Source: Pelomyxa schiedti
Lineage: Eukaryota > Protista > Evosea
Direction of reading: 5' to 3'
Assembly (NCBI GenBank): GCA_020536535.1
Contig: JAHLWZ010000636.1
Span: 62,001 to 126,000, forward strand
Length of the DNA stretch: 64,000 nt
The position numbers and the translations under genes are program-made. A model generated the notes under the pieces. The model did not search any database, was not told where the DNA came from, and saw nothing but the letters and a program-made list of their open reading frames with translations. Shown here piece after piece: positions 25,889-37,191 of this stretch. Each line of letters starts with the position of its first letter. The first letter of the stretch is position 1.

Positions 25889-26019
25889 ACAAAATTGATG
25901 TTCAAAAAAGTGTCCAACTTGGGCAAACATGAAACCAAAAAAAAAACTGCTTCGTCGTGCAAACGCACTTTTTTTTTTCTTTTTGTAAGTAACGTGACAC
26001 CCGCGCCCGGGTTTAAAAT

Positions 26020-27624
26020 ATGGACGCTGTAGCGAGTTTCAGCAGCAAAGTTCTGCAGGAGATCTTGTCGATACGGGCGCAGTCGGCAACTGCGCCGCCG
26101 CCACCATCGCCGCCATCGCCCACATCGCCCACATCGCCGACAACACCTCCGACATCTCCCACTAGCGTAAACACGGAGGACGACCGCATCCTCGACAGAA
26201 TCAGCGACTGCATCAGCAGCAATAAAAACAACATCGACTTGGAACCCGAGGAGCGAGGCGGAGGAGGAGGAGGCGGGGAGCAGCACGTTGGGGAGCAAGG
26301 GGGATGGCGGCTCGGCGGCGGGGGGCCGCTGCCCGGAGCCGTGCCGTCCTTCGGGCTTAGGCAGCAGCCGCACCCGCCGCCGTCCTCGCCGCCCACTTCG
26401 TCGCCGCCGCCGCCGCACCCGCACACGCAGCCGCAGCCGTCCTCGGCGACTTCGCCGTCGCACTTCGGGGGGTTCCGCGTGGCGCCCCCCGGCTCCCTGC
26501 CCCCTTACTCGCACTCGCTCTTCCCGGAGGCCTGCTGCTCGCCTCCCCTCGGAGAGATAAGGAGTGCGCTTGGGCATGACTTCCGGTCTCTGTCGCCGCC
26601 ATCGTCCCCGCCGCCGCCGTCGTCGCCGACGTCCCCTGCGTCGCCTTCGATGTGCCGCTGTGGTGGTGGGGGGGGAGGGAGCCAAATACAAAGTCAAAGC
26701 CATCAACATGATCAGGGTCACCAATCTCACCAGCAACCGCAACCGCAACTGCAACAGCAACACAATCACGAGTCAGAACAAGTGCATGGGGATTGCCCTG
26801 AATCGTCGTCGCAGTGCGCGATGAGGGGCAGAGACCATAAGACTGGGTTTGCGGAGAGCCTCAGGAACGAATACATGTCTATAATGAAGAACGTGGAGTC
26901 CGACCCTGGGGCGACGAGGGCCGCTTTCGAGAGAATCGGCGCTAGCCTGGCCAAGATGATCTCATCGTCTCCAAGTGCTCTTGATCACGATTCTGTATCT
27001 GATTCGGAGGCCGCGGCTTTGGCGGACATGTACCTCTGCTCCAGTCTTATGTACAAGGGCGTACAGTACAACAGGGTTGTCAATACTCCCGGGAGGTCTG
27101 CTTTTCTCATTGGAAGCTACTCTGTTTGCGACATGAGAGTCGGATCCATGATGCAGGGAGTGAGCCGCGTTCATGTAATACTGTTCTTGATTCCTGGAAA
27201 GAATGTTGTACTCGTTGACCCAGGATCCCTTTGTGGATTTGTCTCTAAACCCTTTGACCAGCACAATGCCCCAGTACACACACATAGTCATGAGGAGTCT
27301 GAAACTGAACACACTCCTGACATATCACCTTCAAAACCAGCCCACTCGGGCGGCAAACGGAAGCAAGTGGTGGTTTACAAATGGGCCCAGGCCTTCTATT
27401 TGAAAGTACCTGGAGTTACTATGCGATTCACATGGGCAAAAGAGTGTGTAGTGTGCCTATCTCTACCTCGCAGCATTCGTTTCAACTGCGGGCATTGCGT
27501 TACATGCCACCACTGCTCCAGACATGTTCGTGAATGCCCAGTGTGCCGTTTGCCCGTTGGTTTTCTTGTTAACGACCTTTCCAACAACTTGGCAACCTTT
27601 GTTAGCTATGGAACCAAGTCTTGA
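26020..27624 (+). CDS. Pro-rich N-terminus + degenerate FHA domain + C-terminal RING (intronless), putative E3 ligase
   Basis: LIGS..CD, VSRVH and LVDPGSLCG (FHA-like); CVVC..CGH..C..C..CPVC (RING). Confidence 0.75.
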   Translation: MDAVASFSSKVLQEILSIRAQSATAPPPPSPPSPTSPTSPTTPPTSPTSVNTEDDRILDRISDCISSNKNNIDLEPEERGGGGGGGEQHVGEQGGWRLGGGGPLPGAVPSFGLRQQPHPPPSSPPTSSPPPPHPHTQPQPSSATSPSHFGGFRVAPPGSLPPYSHSLFPEACCSPPLGEIRSALGHDFRSLSPPSSPPPPSSPTSPASPSMCRCGGGGGGSQIQSQSHQHDQGHQSHQQPQPQLQQQHNHESEQVHGDCPESSSQCAMRGRDHKTGFAESLRNEYMSIMKNVESDPGATRAAFERIGASLAKMISSSPSALDHDSVSDSEAAALADMYLCSSLMYKGVQYNRVVNTPGRSAFLIGSYSVCDMRVGSMMQGVSRVHVILFLIPGKNVVLVDPGSLCGFVSKPFDQHNAPVHTHSHEESETEHTPDISPSKPAHSGGKRKQVVVYKWAQAFYLKVPGVTMRFTWAKECVVCLSLPRSIRFNCGHCVTCHHCSRHVRECPVCRLPVGFLVNDLSNNLATFVSYGTKS

Positions 27625-27758
27625 AAAAAAACTTCGTATTCATAGAAATTTGGTTCCTTTTTTCTCTTCAGTTCTGCTTTTCTGACCATTTTTACCAGTC
27701 AAATCATTCAGTATGGTCATTCACTCAATCAATGAATGGAATAGGTATGCAAGTTCAC

Positions 27759-28139
27759 TCAGAAGTTCGGATTGGTAGGAGGAGCAGTAGGACTCAAGCC
27801 CTCACCAGACCTTGTAGCAATACTCTGTGCCCTTGCCGCAATGCTTCCCCTTGGAATTTCCTGCCTGCCACCTAGCTCAGCAGAAGCCTTTGCATGCAAA
27901 GCTGCAGCTTCAGCGCCAGTGATATTGGACATAGCAACCTCCTCCTCCGTTGGGGTCCTGGGACCCACCACCTGTGATGCCGGGCGCTCACCGCGAAGTG
28001 CTTCAGCAGCAAGGATATCATCAGTTGTCATGGGGCAGCAACAGGCTCCAGTCTTCATGTGAGGGGGAGGGGGATATGCAGGCCCAGGCATCATTTGTGG
28101 GGGGATATTCTGCTGGGTTTGGTCTGTGGGTGGTTGCAT
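27759..28139 (-). CDS. SMP (seed maturation protein)/LEA-like small protein
   Basis: ITGAEAAALHAKASAELGG...RGSIAARAQSIATR resembles the SMP repeat. Confidence 0.6.
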   Translation of the reverse strand: MQPPTDQTQQNIPPQMMPGPAYPPPPHMKTGACCCPMTTDDILAAEALRGERPASQVVGPRTPTEEEVAMSNITGAEAAALHAKASAELGGRQEIPRGSIAARAQSIATRSGEGLSPTAPPTNPNF

Positions 28140-28422
28140 CGCTTCGGCTTGCTTTCTCTTTCCTTGCCTTTGTGGTGTTTTGTTGAATGCTTTGTTTGAC
28201 TTAGTTTCTGTTGTGCATTAGTGCTTTTTCCTTTGTGTTCTGGCAACTTGTTACACACCTTTGTTTCCCGCAATATGTCACTGTATGCTTTGCTTAACTT
28301 TGTTTCCCTTGTTCTCGAAATTACGCTCTCTACAAGTAAAACATATTAGTGGTTGCTAATGCCTAATAGTATGGACCAAAATTTTGTTTTTTGGACAGTA
28401 AAGGTTTTTTTGTTCCGTCACT

Positions 28423-30500
28423 TCAAGGGTTGGTTTGTTTCGTTGTAGTAGTTGATGCATTTGAGGCTGTGGTGTTTGGGAGTGATTGTTGTCCGGTGAA
28501 CACTGCTCTAAAGGAGTATTGATAGTTTCCATGACGAGAAAATTCATGCTCAACTACTCTTATGGCTGGGGGATTTTCCTCAGGGTTGCCAGTGGGGCCT
28601 CTGCCTGAGGCTATGATATCGCGGTCCTTGTCCCACCTGTTGATTGAATGGTGATAATTAGAGGAAGGAAAGGAAATGGGTGCTTCCTGTACCCAAAGAG
28701 AGCAGAACTGGTCTTGTTCCAGAAAGGGTTTATCTCTATTACACGGACTTCACCACTATCACGGATGTACAAGTCTATGACATAACTGATTGTCGATAAA
28801 TAAAAGAAGAAATAAGGGAAGGGTTCACCTTTTGTATAGGGGTCTAAGCTTATCCTTCAAAACTTGGTCAAAGAATTGTACGATCTGTTTTTGGATAAAA
28901 CTAAGTTCAATTGTGGACTGTGAGACGGCTAACTTTTTCTTTGATGTGCTGTTTCTCAGATACAAGGCTTTCAAAAAAGCAAGAATGAAGGTACTGTGTG
29001 ATAGCTGTCAACATTCCATTGTGCACAAAAACTCTGAATTCCATCGAAGGATCAATTTGTTCCCATTTGCGAACTAGTACATTCATTTTAAAGAGACCCG
29101 GATTTACCTGCAGCCACCTGAGTTTACATGTTACATAAAAGAATGCAGGGTGGCTTCATACTGAGAAAGGTCTTCGTGGACACGTTGACTACAGGCAAGA
29201 ATTTGAACAGCTTCGATTCCCCAATTAATTGCCATTGCATGATTTACCACTCTGAAGAACTCAATAGAATCACGGTTTGAATCACCAGCAGGAACTTGGC
29301 TCATTCTGGCATTGAATAAGGCAGAAAACCGTCCACCAAACTAGTGGTAATTTAAACTTTGGGAGTATTATTTTATCTGTAGGTAGAAAGAACCAACTGG
29401 AATGGCATCCTTTGGGCTCCGGGTGGATAGTCGTACAAAAGCAGCTCCTCCGAGTTGTTGAATAGCATTTTGAATAGCCACAGCTAATTCATACAGTATT
29501 TTGTGCTGAAATTCCTCTGCGCTGAGTTCTGGGACTGTCGTTGAAGGCATTTCTGATGTTACATTAACATCGTGGGGAGCCGTTACAACTTCCTTTGAAG
29601 AGGAAGTCTCAGAGGCTGCTGGCATCCTATCAGGTTGCTCACTTGGTAATTGAGGCACGAAAGGAACCTTTCTACTCTCAAAGCAATGAATGAGAGCTTT
29701 TGCTTGATCTTGGCTCAGTTCCAATTGAACTGTTGGGAAGGTGAATTCTGTCAGAGCTGGATACCAGCGATCAAGATCAAAGAGAGACTATTGCTTCACA
29801 TTAGGAAGGCTCAGGGAGAACTAAATAAATCATACTTGGTACTGCTTCATTGGAAGCAAAGTTTCTTCTGTAACTGTTTGAAAACGTTAAACGAAGCCAG
29901 ACAAAATTTCCCAGGCCACCTTCAAATGTAGGCGATTCACTTGTCGATAAATTGGTAACATAAGCATAAGTGACAACATGGGGCAGGTGATACTGTTCAT
30001 CTTGTTCAGCACTTCTGGAACAGGGAGTTAGTGATTGAATGCAAAAGTCAAGTACCTTTGGTACATTCGAACTATTGATTGGGGTGCATTACTAGTGTCC
30101 AGTTCCAAGTAGGATAGAGATAAAGGGTCATCCAACAATAATGTAAAGGGTTTTTGAAATAGAGCTCCGGCTTCCGCCACAGCACGCCCACATATATCAC
30201 TGGTCCTCAAATGTTCCCCGATAGTAGCCAACAAACTACCTATATAACAGAGAGCACGGAAGGATAAGTTGAACAGCCTCCATGACCAAAGTTAATGTCA
30301 GGGTGAAAGATAAACAAAAAACAAGGAAATTTTACAACAGCACAAAGAAGAAAATCGATACCAGTCTCCGGAGGTGCAATTGAGCACTCCAACTGCAACA
30401 CCTTGAGAGTGCATGAGGCACTACGAAACATCCTCACACTATCCAAGTGTCTTGGTTCCACCAACACATACTCCCTCTTCCCCAACTCTGACACCTCCAT
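28423..30500 (-). CDS. ZPR1-like helical domain fused to Cdc123/R2K-type ATP-grasp
   Basis: N-terminal RMFRSASCTL and PFTLLLDDPLSLSYLE..YQRSAEQDE (ZPR1-like); C-terminal FDLDRWY, AFVRLSTRSPKDA, EFRVFV..LTAITQY and VIEINPF (Cdc123-like). Confidence 0.7.
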
Positions 30501-30776
30501 TCACTCAAAAACAAATAATGCCCCCTCACCCGATGTGGCGAGGTGCCTTCTCGTCACTGTAGTTCGAATCACTGATGGATTTCTGGGAAAACTGAGCATA
30601 ATGCGCACCGAATGCAAACACAAGTGTTTGTATTGTTGATGACTGTGTTGCGAGCTACAATGGTGTTCCCGCCTTATAAAGGCACTAGAATCGGTCAGTG
30701 ATGAAAAAAAAAGATGGGGGTTTTTTTAAAAGTAAAAGTAAATTACAAAGGGCACATGGCTTTGTGTGAAGAGTAT

Positions 30777-32780
30777 TTACAAGATTGTACAAGGCTCCTC
30801 AGGCTCATATTGCGGTTGGGCTGGGCGCTTGTGGCTCCCAGTACCACCCACACCCCCACTTGATCCCATAACCCCGGGGTGGTGGCTGGTGGTGGGGCGT
30901 TCTGGGAGTTGGTTGTTAGCTTTCTGGTGCTCCTGTTCGTCAATGTGTAGGGCGAGGGCAAAGTCCGCGTCAAGCCTAAGTTTGGTGTGGGATATTCGTT
31001 TTGTTTTTTTTTTTGGTTTTTGTTTTGGTTTTTGGTTGGTTGTTGTTTGTGTTGGGGAAGTTACTGTTGGATGGAGTCATCTTTCAGCTTTGTTGGGGGT
31101 TTTTCTAGAATAGGTGGCGGCTCTGTGTAAGGGTGGAAGCTTCCATCACACAAGACAGTGTCTCCGTCAATCTAAAGAAAATGTGTGTAAAAAAAGTAAG
31201 GTGCCCAGTTATAAATACCGCACTGAACTTCTCCCACACAACAGGTTGGTGTAAAAAGCCGAGGTCAGTAACGAGAAGGTATAGTTCGTTCTTATGCTTC
31301 GTTATCACACTGAAGTGATTTGACCTGATTTGGCATCAGTGGCAATTATCGACATATAACAGATGGTTACCGAAACAGTACGCCAAGTTCCCTTAGGTTT
31401 TTGTTTTTAGGGTACTTTAAGTTGACTGTTTTAAAGACTGGATATGATACCCTTCAACTAGTGCTTTGTGCAACTGTACTAGACCTTCCACTGTAAGTTG
31501 GTTTGAGGTATGTGAAAACCACTTGTCGATAATATAGCCTTGAGTGTATTGGAATTAAAGTATTCCTTTACTGTTATACCTTGTCTCTGGAGCTCTTCTT
31601 CCTGTGGAGTAAGAGATGTTTGAGCCCCTGTTGCCACTCTCTCGTTCAACTGAGTGCAAGCAATAAGACGCTCTTGTGCAGAATTGTACGAAAGTGTTTG
31701 CAGTGCATTGTAGGTATCTCGGTCCTGGAAGTTCCTTTAGAAATTGTTCAAGGGAAGAAAAACTTGCCTGTTTATCGCAGACCCATCCATGGTAAAGATT
31801 TATCTGTATGATGTTAAAAAGGTACACCTCAAAATTGGTCACTGAGGAATCTTATTTAGGGGAAGGGGGAAAAATTATATGTCAAACAAGATAACCGCAC
31901 GTTAACATGCCTGTGCAATGTCAAACGCTAAGTGCCCTGGAGTAAATTCAAAATCCTGTGGTCTTCAAAGAGTCAAATTTTCATAAAAGAACAAAGACAC
32001 GAACCCAGTAAATTTCACATTGACGTCGAGGCCTGCCTGGAGATCCGGCAAAATCTTGAGAGCGTCTTCAACGTTTTTCTTGTGATTTGCTTTAAACGAG
32101 TCAATTACCTCAGGAGTTGCATCTAGCTAAACAGAGAGTGAGTTCCTACAAACCATAATAAAATGGGGAATAAATGTACAGGGATATCAGCAGGTACAGT
32201 TCGGAAATGGTCAGCCAGCATCTCCACCTTGTAATATTTAACCAAACGAAAAAAAGGGGGTGCAAGATACCATTTGATATCCATAAAGGCCCTCCATCCT
32301 GCAAGTCAACTGTTTTCTCAAAAAAAGAACATTACCTATCTCTTAAAATGAGTATCAAGTAAAAGAGGGTAGAAAAAAACACAAAGGGGCAGGCAAGAAT
32401 CCCATAATTCACGCACATATAGCCAGCAGGGGACACGGCCCGTTCCTGTTCTGAATCACAATGCTCGTGTGCATCCCATCATACCAAACCACCTTGCTCG
32501 GGTGCCTCTCGTCAACCCACCCCTCGTGCCCCGGAACCGACGATGCCGCGGGCGACATCATCGACGGGAAGGCGTAGGGAGGCGGCGGCGTGAGCGTGGC
32601 CCCGCTCGAGAACGTGAAGGAAGCAGGAGGGGGAGGAGCCGTGGCGGTAGGGGACGAGAACACAGCAGAGGAAGATGACGAGGCCGTGGCCTCGTGCGCA
32701 GTGGCCGAGGGGACAGGGGTGACAATGATGGGAGCTTCTGTGATGAGGGGCACGACTACATACGACGTGGTGCCGTCCAT
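30777..32780 (-). CDS. MINDY1/2-family deubiquitinase with MIU motif and CaaX end
   Basis: QNRNGPCPLLAI, GLDVNVKF, LYHGW, HFSV, LYLLVTDLGF and DADFALAL; ends in CTIL. Confidence 0.9.
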
Positions 32781-33208
32781 CGAAAAATTTCCAACCAATT
32801 TTGATTGTGAGCTTGTTCTTCGAATGGAAGGCGGGAGAGTCACCCAATTGTGCAAGCCAAAATGGTTTGCTGGCAACACTCACTGAAATTGCGCGCTGCA
32901 CCTTCCTTGATTCCCAAGTCAGGCACTAGGGACCAGAAGGAGCAGCGTGCCCATAATCCTGACTTCCCAGAAGGGGTAGATAAGCGAACAGCCGGAGAAA
33001 AATAAAAATCACCGGCGCAGGGCCAGGCGCATAACGTTTTTGTCATTCGCCTTTTACTAATGAGCAACCGTGCTCCTGGTCGTCAACTAATGCGCTTTGA
33101 TCACGTATTTTTGTGATTGGGAGGGGCTTGTACTCTCCCTTCTTTCAAATCAATAAAAATTGCCGTCCGTCTCTCCGATCGGATAAACCACAGCCAAGAG
33201 GCGTTTCC

Positions 33209-34555
33209 ATGAAGCTGACACGTCGACAGCCCCACAATAGCAACGCACCCGACGCCTGCACCGACGCGTTCACGTCGTCCGTCACATGGTGCCTCGCTGC
33301 GCGCGACCAGTTCGTCGCCCTGGTTATGTGCAGCCACGCCCGGTGCGGCCGACGCAGCCCCGCCCGCATACTCACCCCCTCGGCTCTGCGCGACCTCGCC
33401 AACGATTGGATTATGAACCGCCACGCCTCGTTCGGCTTCAGCCTGCTCCTCCAAAACCCAGTCGGCGCGCCGCACCAACCACCACCACCACCACCACCAC
33501 CACCATACAACACCACCAGCAGCAACGCCAACAACGAAGCCGACTACGACAACACCAACGACTCCACCCTCCACTGCGTCTCGTTCACGACGTCGTGCAC
33601 CGGCGGCGTCGTCGAGCCCATGGGGACCGTCTGCCGCAACGGCCGCATCGTCGGCTGGGCCGACACCGACACCGCGCTGGTGCTTGTCTCGGGCCCCAGG
33701 TCGCTGGACCTCGTGCCAGTCCTTGGGCGGCTCTCCGGGGCTCCGTCCCGGGGCAGCGCGTCGACGTTGGAGGCGTCGGAGAGTGTCGGACGAACGCAGA
33801 CCTTTGCGTGCAACCGCAAGTGGGTAGTGTACGACGAGAGCCCGGAGAGGCTGGCTATATGGCAGGTGGACCGGCCTGGAAAGCCCCCGGTCGAAATCCC
33901 GTTGACCAAGTTCGTGCTGTTGCATCTGGAGCAGACTTTGCTGAAATTCACGCGGTCCATGGAGAACGGGCAGAATGTTACTATTCTTGCAAGTGCGAGT
34001 GATAGTGCATGCACTAGTGCAAGTAATAACAGCAACAGAGTGGTGGGGACTGATGATGAGCTCACTTTTGTGATGTATTGCGTGGACCGGACCTACATGA
34101 TACTAATAGATGTGGCTACCACCTACGCAACGAAAGATCTGGTCACTTTGTATGAGTTGGAACACCCAAGTGACTTTCACTCGACCGACTTCCTGCTTAC
34201 AAGTGGATGTGAATTGATGGCCCTGATATCAGAAGGCACTGAGGAGTTTGTATTACACAATGTATTCACCGGCAAGAAAATTCTCATACCTGGTAACCCT
34301 TCCAATGCCTTCACACTGGGAGACTCCCAGTACGCAACAAGGTCATGGGCTGATGTTGGTGTGCACAGAATTTACAGTGTAGATGACCCACAAACATGCA
34401 TGTTCACAGTGCCGGCACCATGCCTTGTGTACAGCAAGGACCTCATCATCATTAGGAAAGGGGCTCACAAGTGGGAGATTCTGGATGCCACAAGCGGAAC
34501 TATACTTATACAGACATCCCTTGATCTCTCTGGGATAAACCACCAAGCGTTCTAG
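33209..34555 (+). CDS. Intronless hypothetical protein of a probable lineage-expanded family
   Basis: Open frame of about 448 aa; N-terminal QFVALVMCSHARCGRRSPARIL motif followed by a beta-rich C-terminus. Confidence 0.7.
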   Translation: MKLTRRQPHNSNAPDACTDAFTSSVTWCLAARDQFVALVMCSHARCGRRSPARILTPSALRDLANDWIMNRHASFGFSLLLQNPVGAPHQPPPPPPPPPYNTTSSNANNEADYDNTNDSTLHCVSFTTSCTGGVVEPMGTVCRNGRIVGWADTDTALVLVSGPRSLDLVPVLGRLSGAPSRGSASTLEASESVGRTQTFACNRKWVVYDESPERLAIWQVDRPGKPPVEIPLTKFVLLHLEQTLLKFTRSMENGQNVTILASASDSACTSASNNSNRVVGTDDELTFVMYCVDRTYMILIDVATTYATKDLVTLYELEHPSDFHSTDFLLTSGCELMALISEGTEEFVLHNVFTGKKILIPGNPSNAFTLGDSQYATRSWADVGVHRIYSVDDPQTCMFTVPAPCLVYSKDLIIIRKGAHKWEILDATSGTILIQTSLDLSGINHQAF

Positions 34556-34903
34556 CTGGCTCTTGAAAGGTTCAATTGAACACTGCTGGGTTAAATTTTT
34601 GATGACTGTGTTTTTGTGTGGCTCCTTTTTATGGAGGCTAACTCAACAAGAGTAGAATAATGATGGGGAAGGGTGTTTTGTGGAGAGGCAAGATGAGCCC
34701 ATTGAGTACACAATGGAACTTGTCATCCTTCCCCAACGCGACACAAAGAGCCCAATCCAGCCTGAGGCGAGTGTTTTGCTGCTGTAGAGCCAGTCCAACC
34801 TCTCCCGCCTTTGGCCAAATCCAGTGTCTCTTGCACCACACTCTCACCCCCAACCAAGTCGAAAAAAAAAAATTTATCTTTCGCCAGCAGCGGCGAATTA
34901 TTT

Positions 34904-37030
34904 ATGAGTGGTGCGGCACCACCTACGGCGAGCGACGGCAACTGCGGGGAGGGGAAGGCGGGCGATGGCGTAGGGGCCGGCGGGGCGGACGAGGAGGTAC
35001 CGCGGGACGACGTTTTGCTCGTGGTAGCGCAGTTTCTGAGGGAGACCGGGCTGGTCGACACGTTGCAGGCCATGGCCCGCGAGTGCGAGGCCAAGTTGCA
35101 CCCGCCCCCGCAAGTCGATGTTCTCTCTCCCGTGTGTAGCAACTTATTTTTTTTTTTTTTTTTTCTCCCTCTGTTGGCAACGGTTTTTTTTTGTGGAACT
35201 CACGGTAGTAAGGGCACAGGGTGTGGGTGAACAGCCAAAGAGGCTTGCGGCGTTGTTGTGGGAGTATATCACGCTGAAGCACACGCAACAGATTCGCAGC
35301 ACGTTTGTGCGGTCGCACTCTTTGTCACAGCACTTTCCATCGCTGATGAACCGGCTTACGAATCTCCTTGACGACTACAGCACTTGGGTGTCGGCGCACC
35401 TCCAACCAACCGGTGAAACTGAACTTTGCCAAAACTGTGTGCTACCAGGAACAAATTTTGGAGAAGCAAGTCTCCAGTCTAATGCAATACCATTTGCACC
35501 TCAATCAGCCAACGCACCTTATGCATATAAGATTCCTACGAGGATAAACACAGAAACTCAGCCAATAAATGTGAACCAACAAACACAAATCCACAACATG
35601 GAATCACAACCAATTCCAAATCTCCAAAATCAGGAAAACCCACCACAAACTCACCGAATAAGAAAGTCCACTCCTCAATTCCATCAGCCAGCCCCCAAAC
35701 GAAATGCTACAAGGAATGCACATAAAGCCTGTACAGTAGTACCCATTTCCACACAGAAAGAGCAGCCACATGACAATTACCAACCCCCTCAGACCCCACC
35801 ACAACAATTCCGACCCTCAGTTGTCTCTCCAACTGCCACACTATCAGGTCGAAGACGAAAGAGCACCCCCACAAGATTAATTGGATCACCACAGAAACCC
35901 CTCCCTCAGGTTTGAGACCATTCACTTTTTTTTGCATTCCTTAACTTTGTTTTTTGGAACTCTTTAGCTCTTCTTTGCAGCCGATAATACTTCTGCATCT
36001 TCATTTCCCAAGAATGACACACAAGCTATTGAACTGCCGTCTTTACCATCGCATCAAGCGCCACCAATAGATGTCCCCCCTGCGAACACAACAACAAATG
36101 CACTTCCAATACAAGGGCTTTTAGAAAATCCAATGCTGCAAGAGAGACTTGCAGAACACATAAATACACATCTGCACCCTCTCCCAATTTCTCCACCACT
36201 GTGTGATGCACCACTTTTACTTGAAGATGTATCTCCTCCATTTCCTTAGTCACTTCTAACTTTCACTTTCTTAGTCAATACAAGGAATATTTGAGAGCAT
36301 ACAGAATGACCCCTTTTTTGAAGCCTTCAATTTGGAAAGCCCACCTGCAACTCCGTTGTTCTATTTACAACAACAACCCATTCCTTCTGCTATCACAGAC
36401 CAATCCATGTTGCCCACACGCTTGGCTGATCCACAGCAACAAGCTCCAGCCGCCCCACACCCTCCGCTTCCACCAAATCAAATTCAAACACAAGTTCTCC
36501 AATCCACAACCCAGCAAGCACAACCGCAAGTGGATCCACAGTCCCAACAGCAAATGCAATTACCACTGCCGACACAGGTGCACTCACAGCCTCAGTCACA
36601 AATACCAGTGCAGTTCCAACCCCAAATCCCACCAGATACAATGATGGTTCAACAGACAATGCCACCCCAAATGCAGTATTACGAGCCACAACGGCGACTA
36701 CAACAACAAGGGGTAATGCCACCCACCTCCAACTCAATAGTGCCAGTGACATATCAATACGTCCCACAAGCCCAAATACCACCACTCCCAACACCACCAC
36801 TACCACTACCACAACAACAACAACCGCTGAAATGCTCCACTCCCCACCAACAAACTGCAGTGAGCTCCAACCAAATAATAACAACACACACAAACAACAC
36901 CAGAAGCCGTAAGAGGGCAACCCAGACTCACAACATCACAAACGCCACAACAAATCCCAGTGCACCTTCACCCCAAGCTGGACACTACCAAAAAATGGAA
37001 GAATTCCTAGACACTCTCCACTATGAGTAG
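34904..37030 (+). CDS. NPAT-like protein (LisH N-terminus, Q/P-rich middle, NPAT-type C-terminal motif)
   Basis: DDVLLVVAQFLRETGLVDTLQAM (LisH), KRLAALLWEYITLK, and C-terminus MEEFLDTLHYE. Confidence 0.65.
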
Positions 37031-37191
37031 TCTGAAACAAAACGCAAACTGACGGAAATAGAACTTTAGACCATCAACGCCTTTGTTCATTCCTTTAAAC
37101 TGAACTCTTTTTCCCAAACCACGCACCTTGGGGCAACATTCCTGTTTTGCTGTTAAGGCTCAGAAGCGAAACCGAGGGTTCGTTATTGAGC

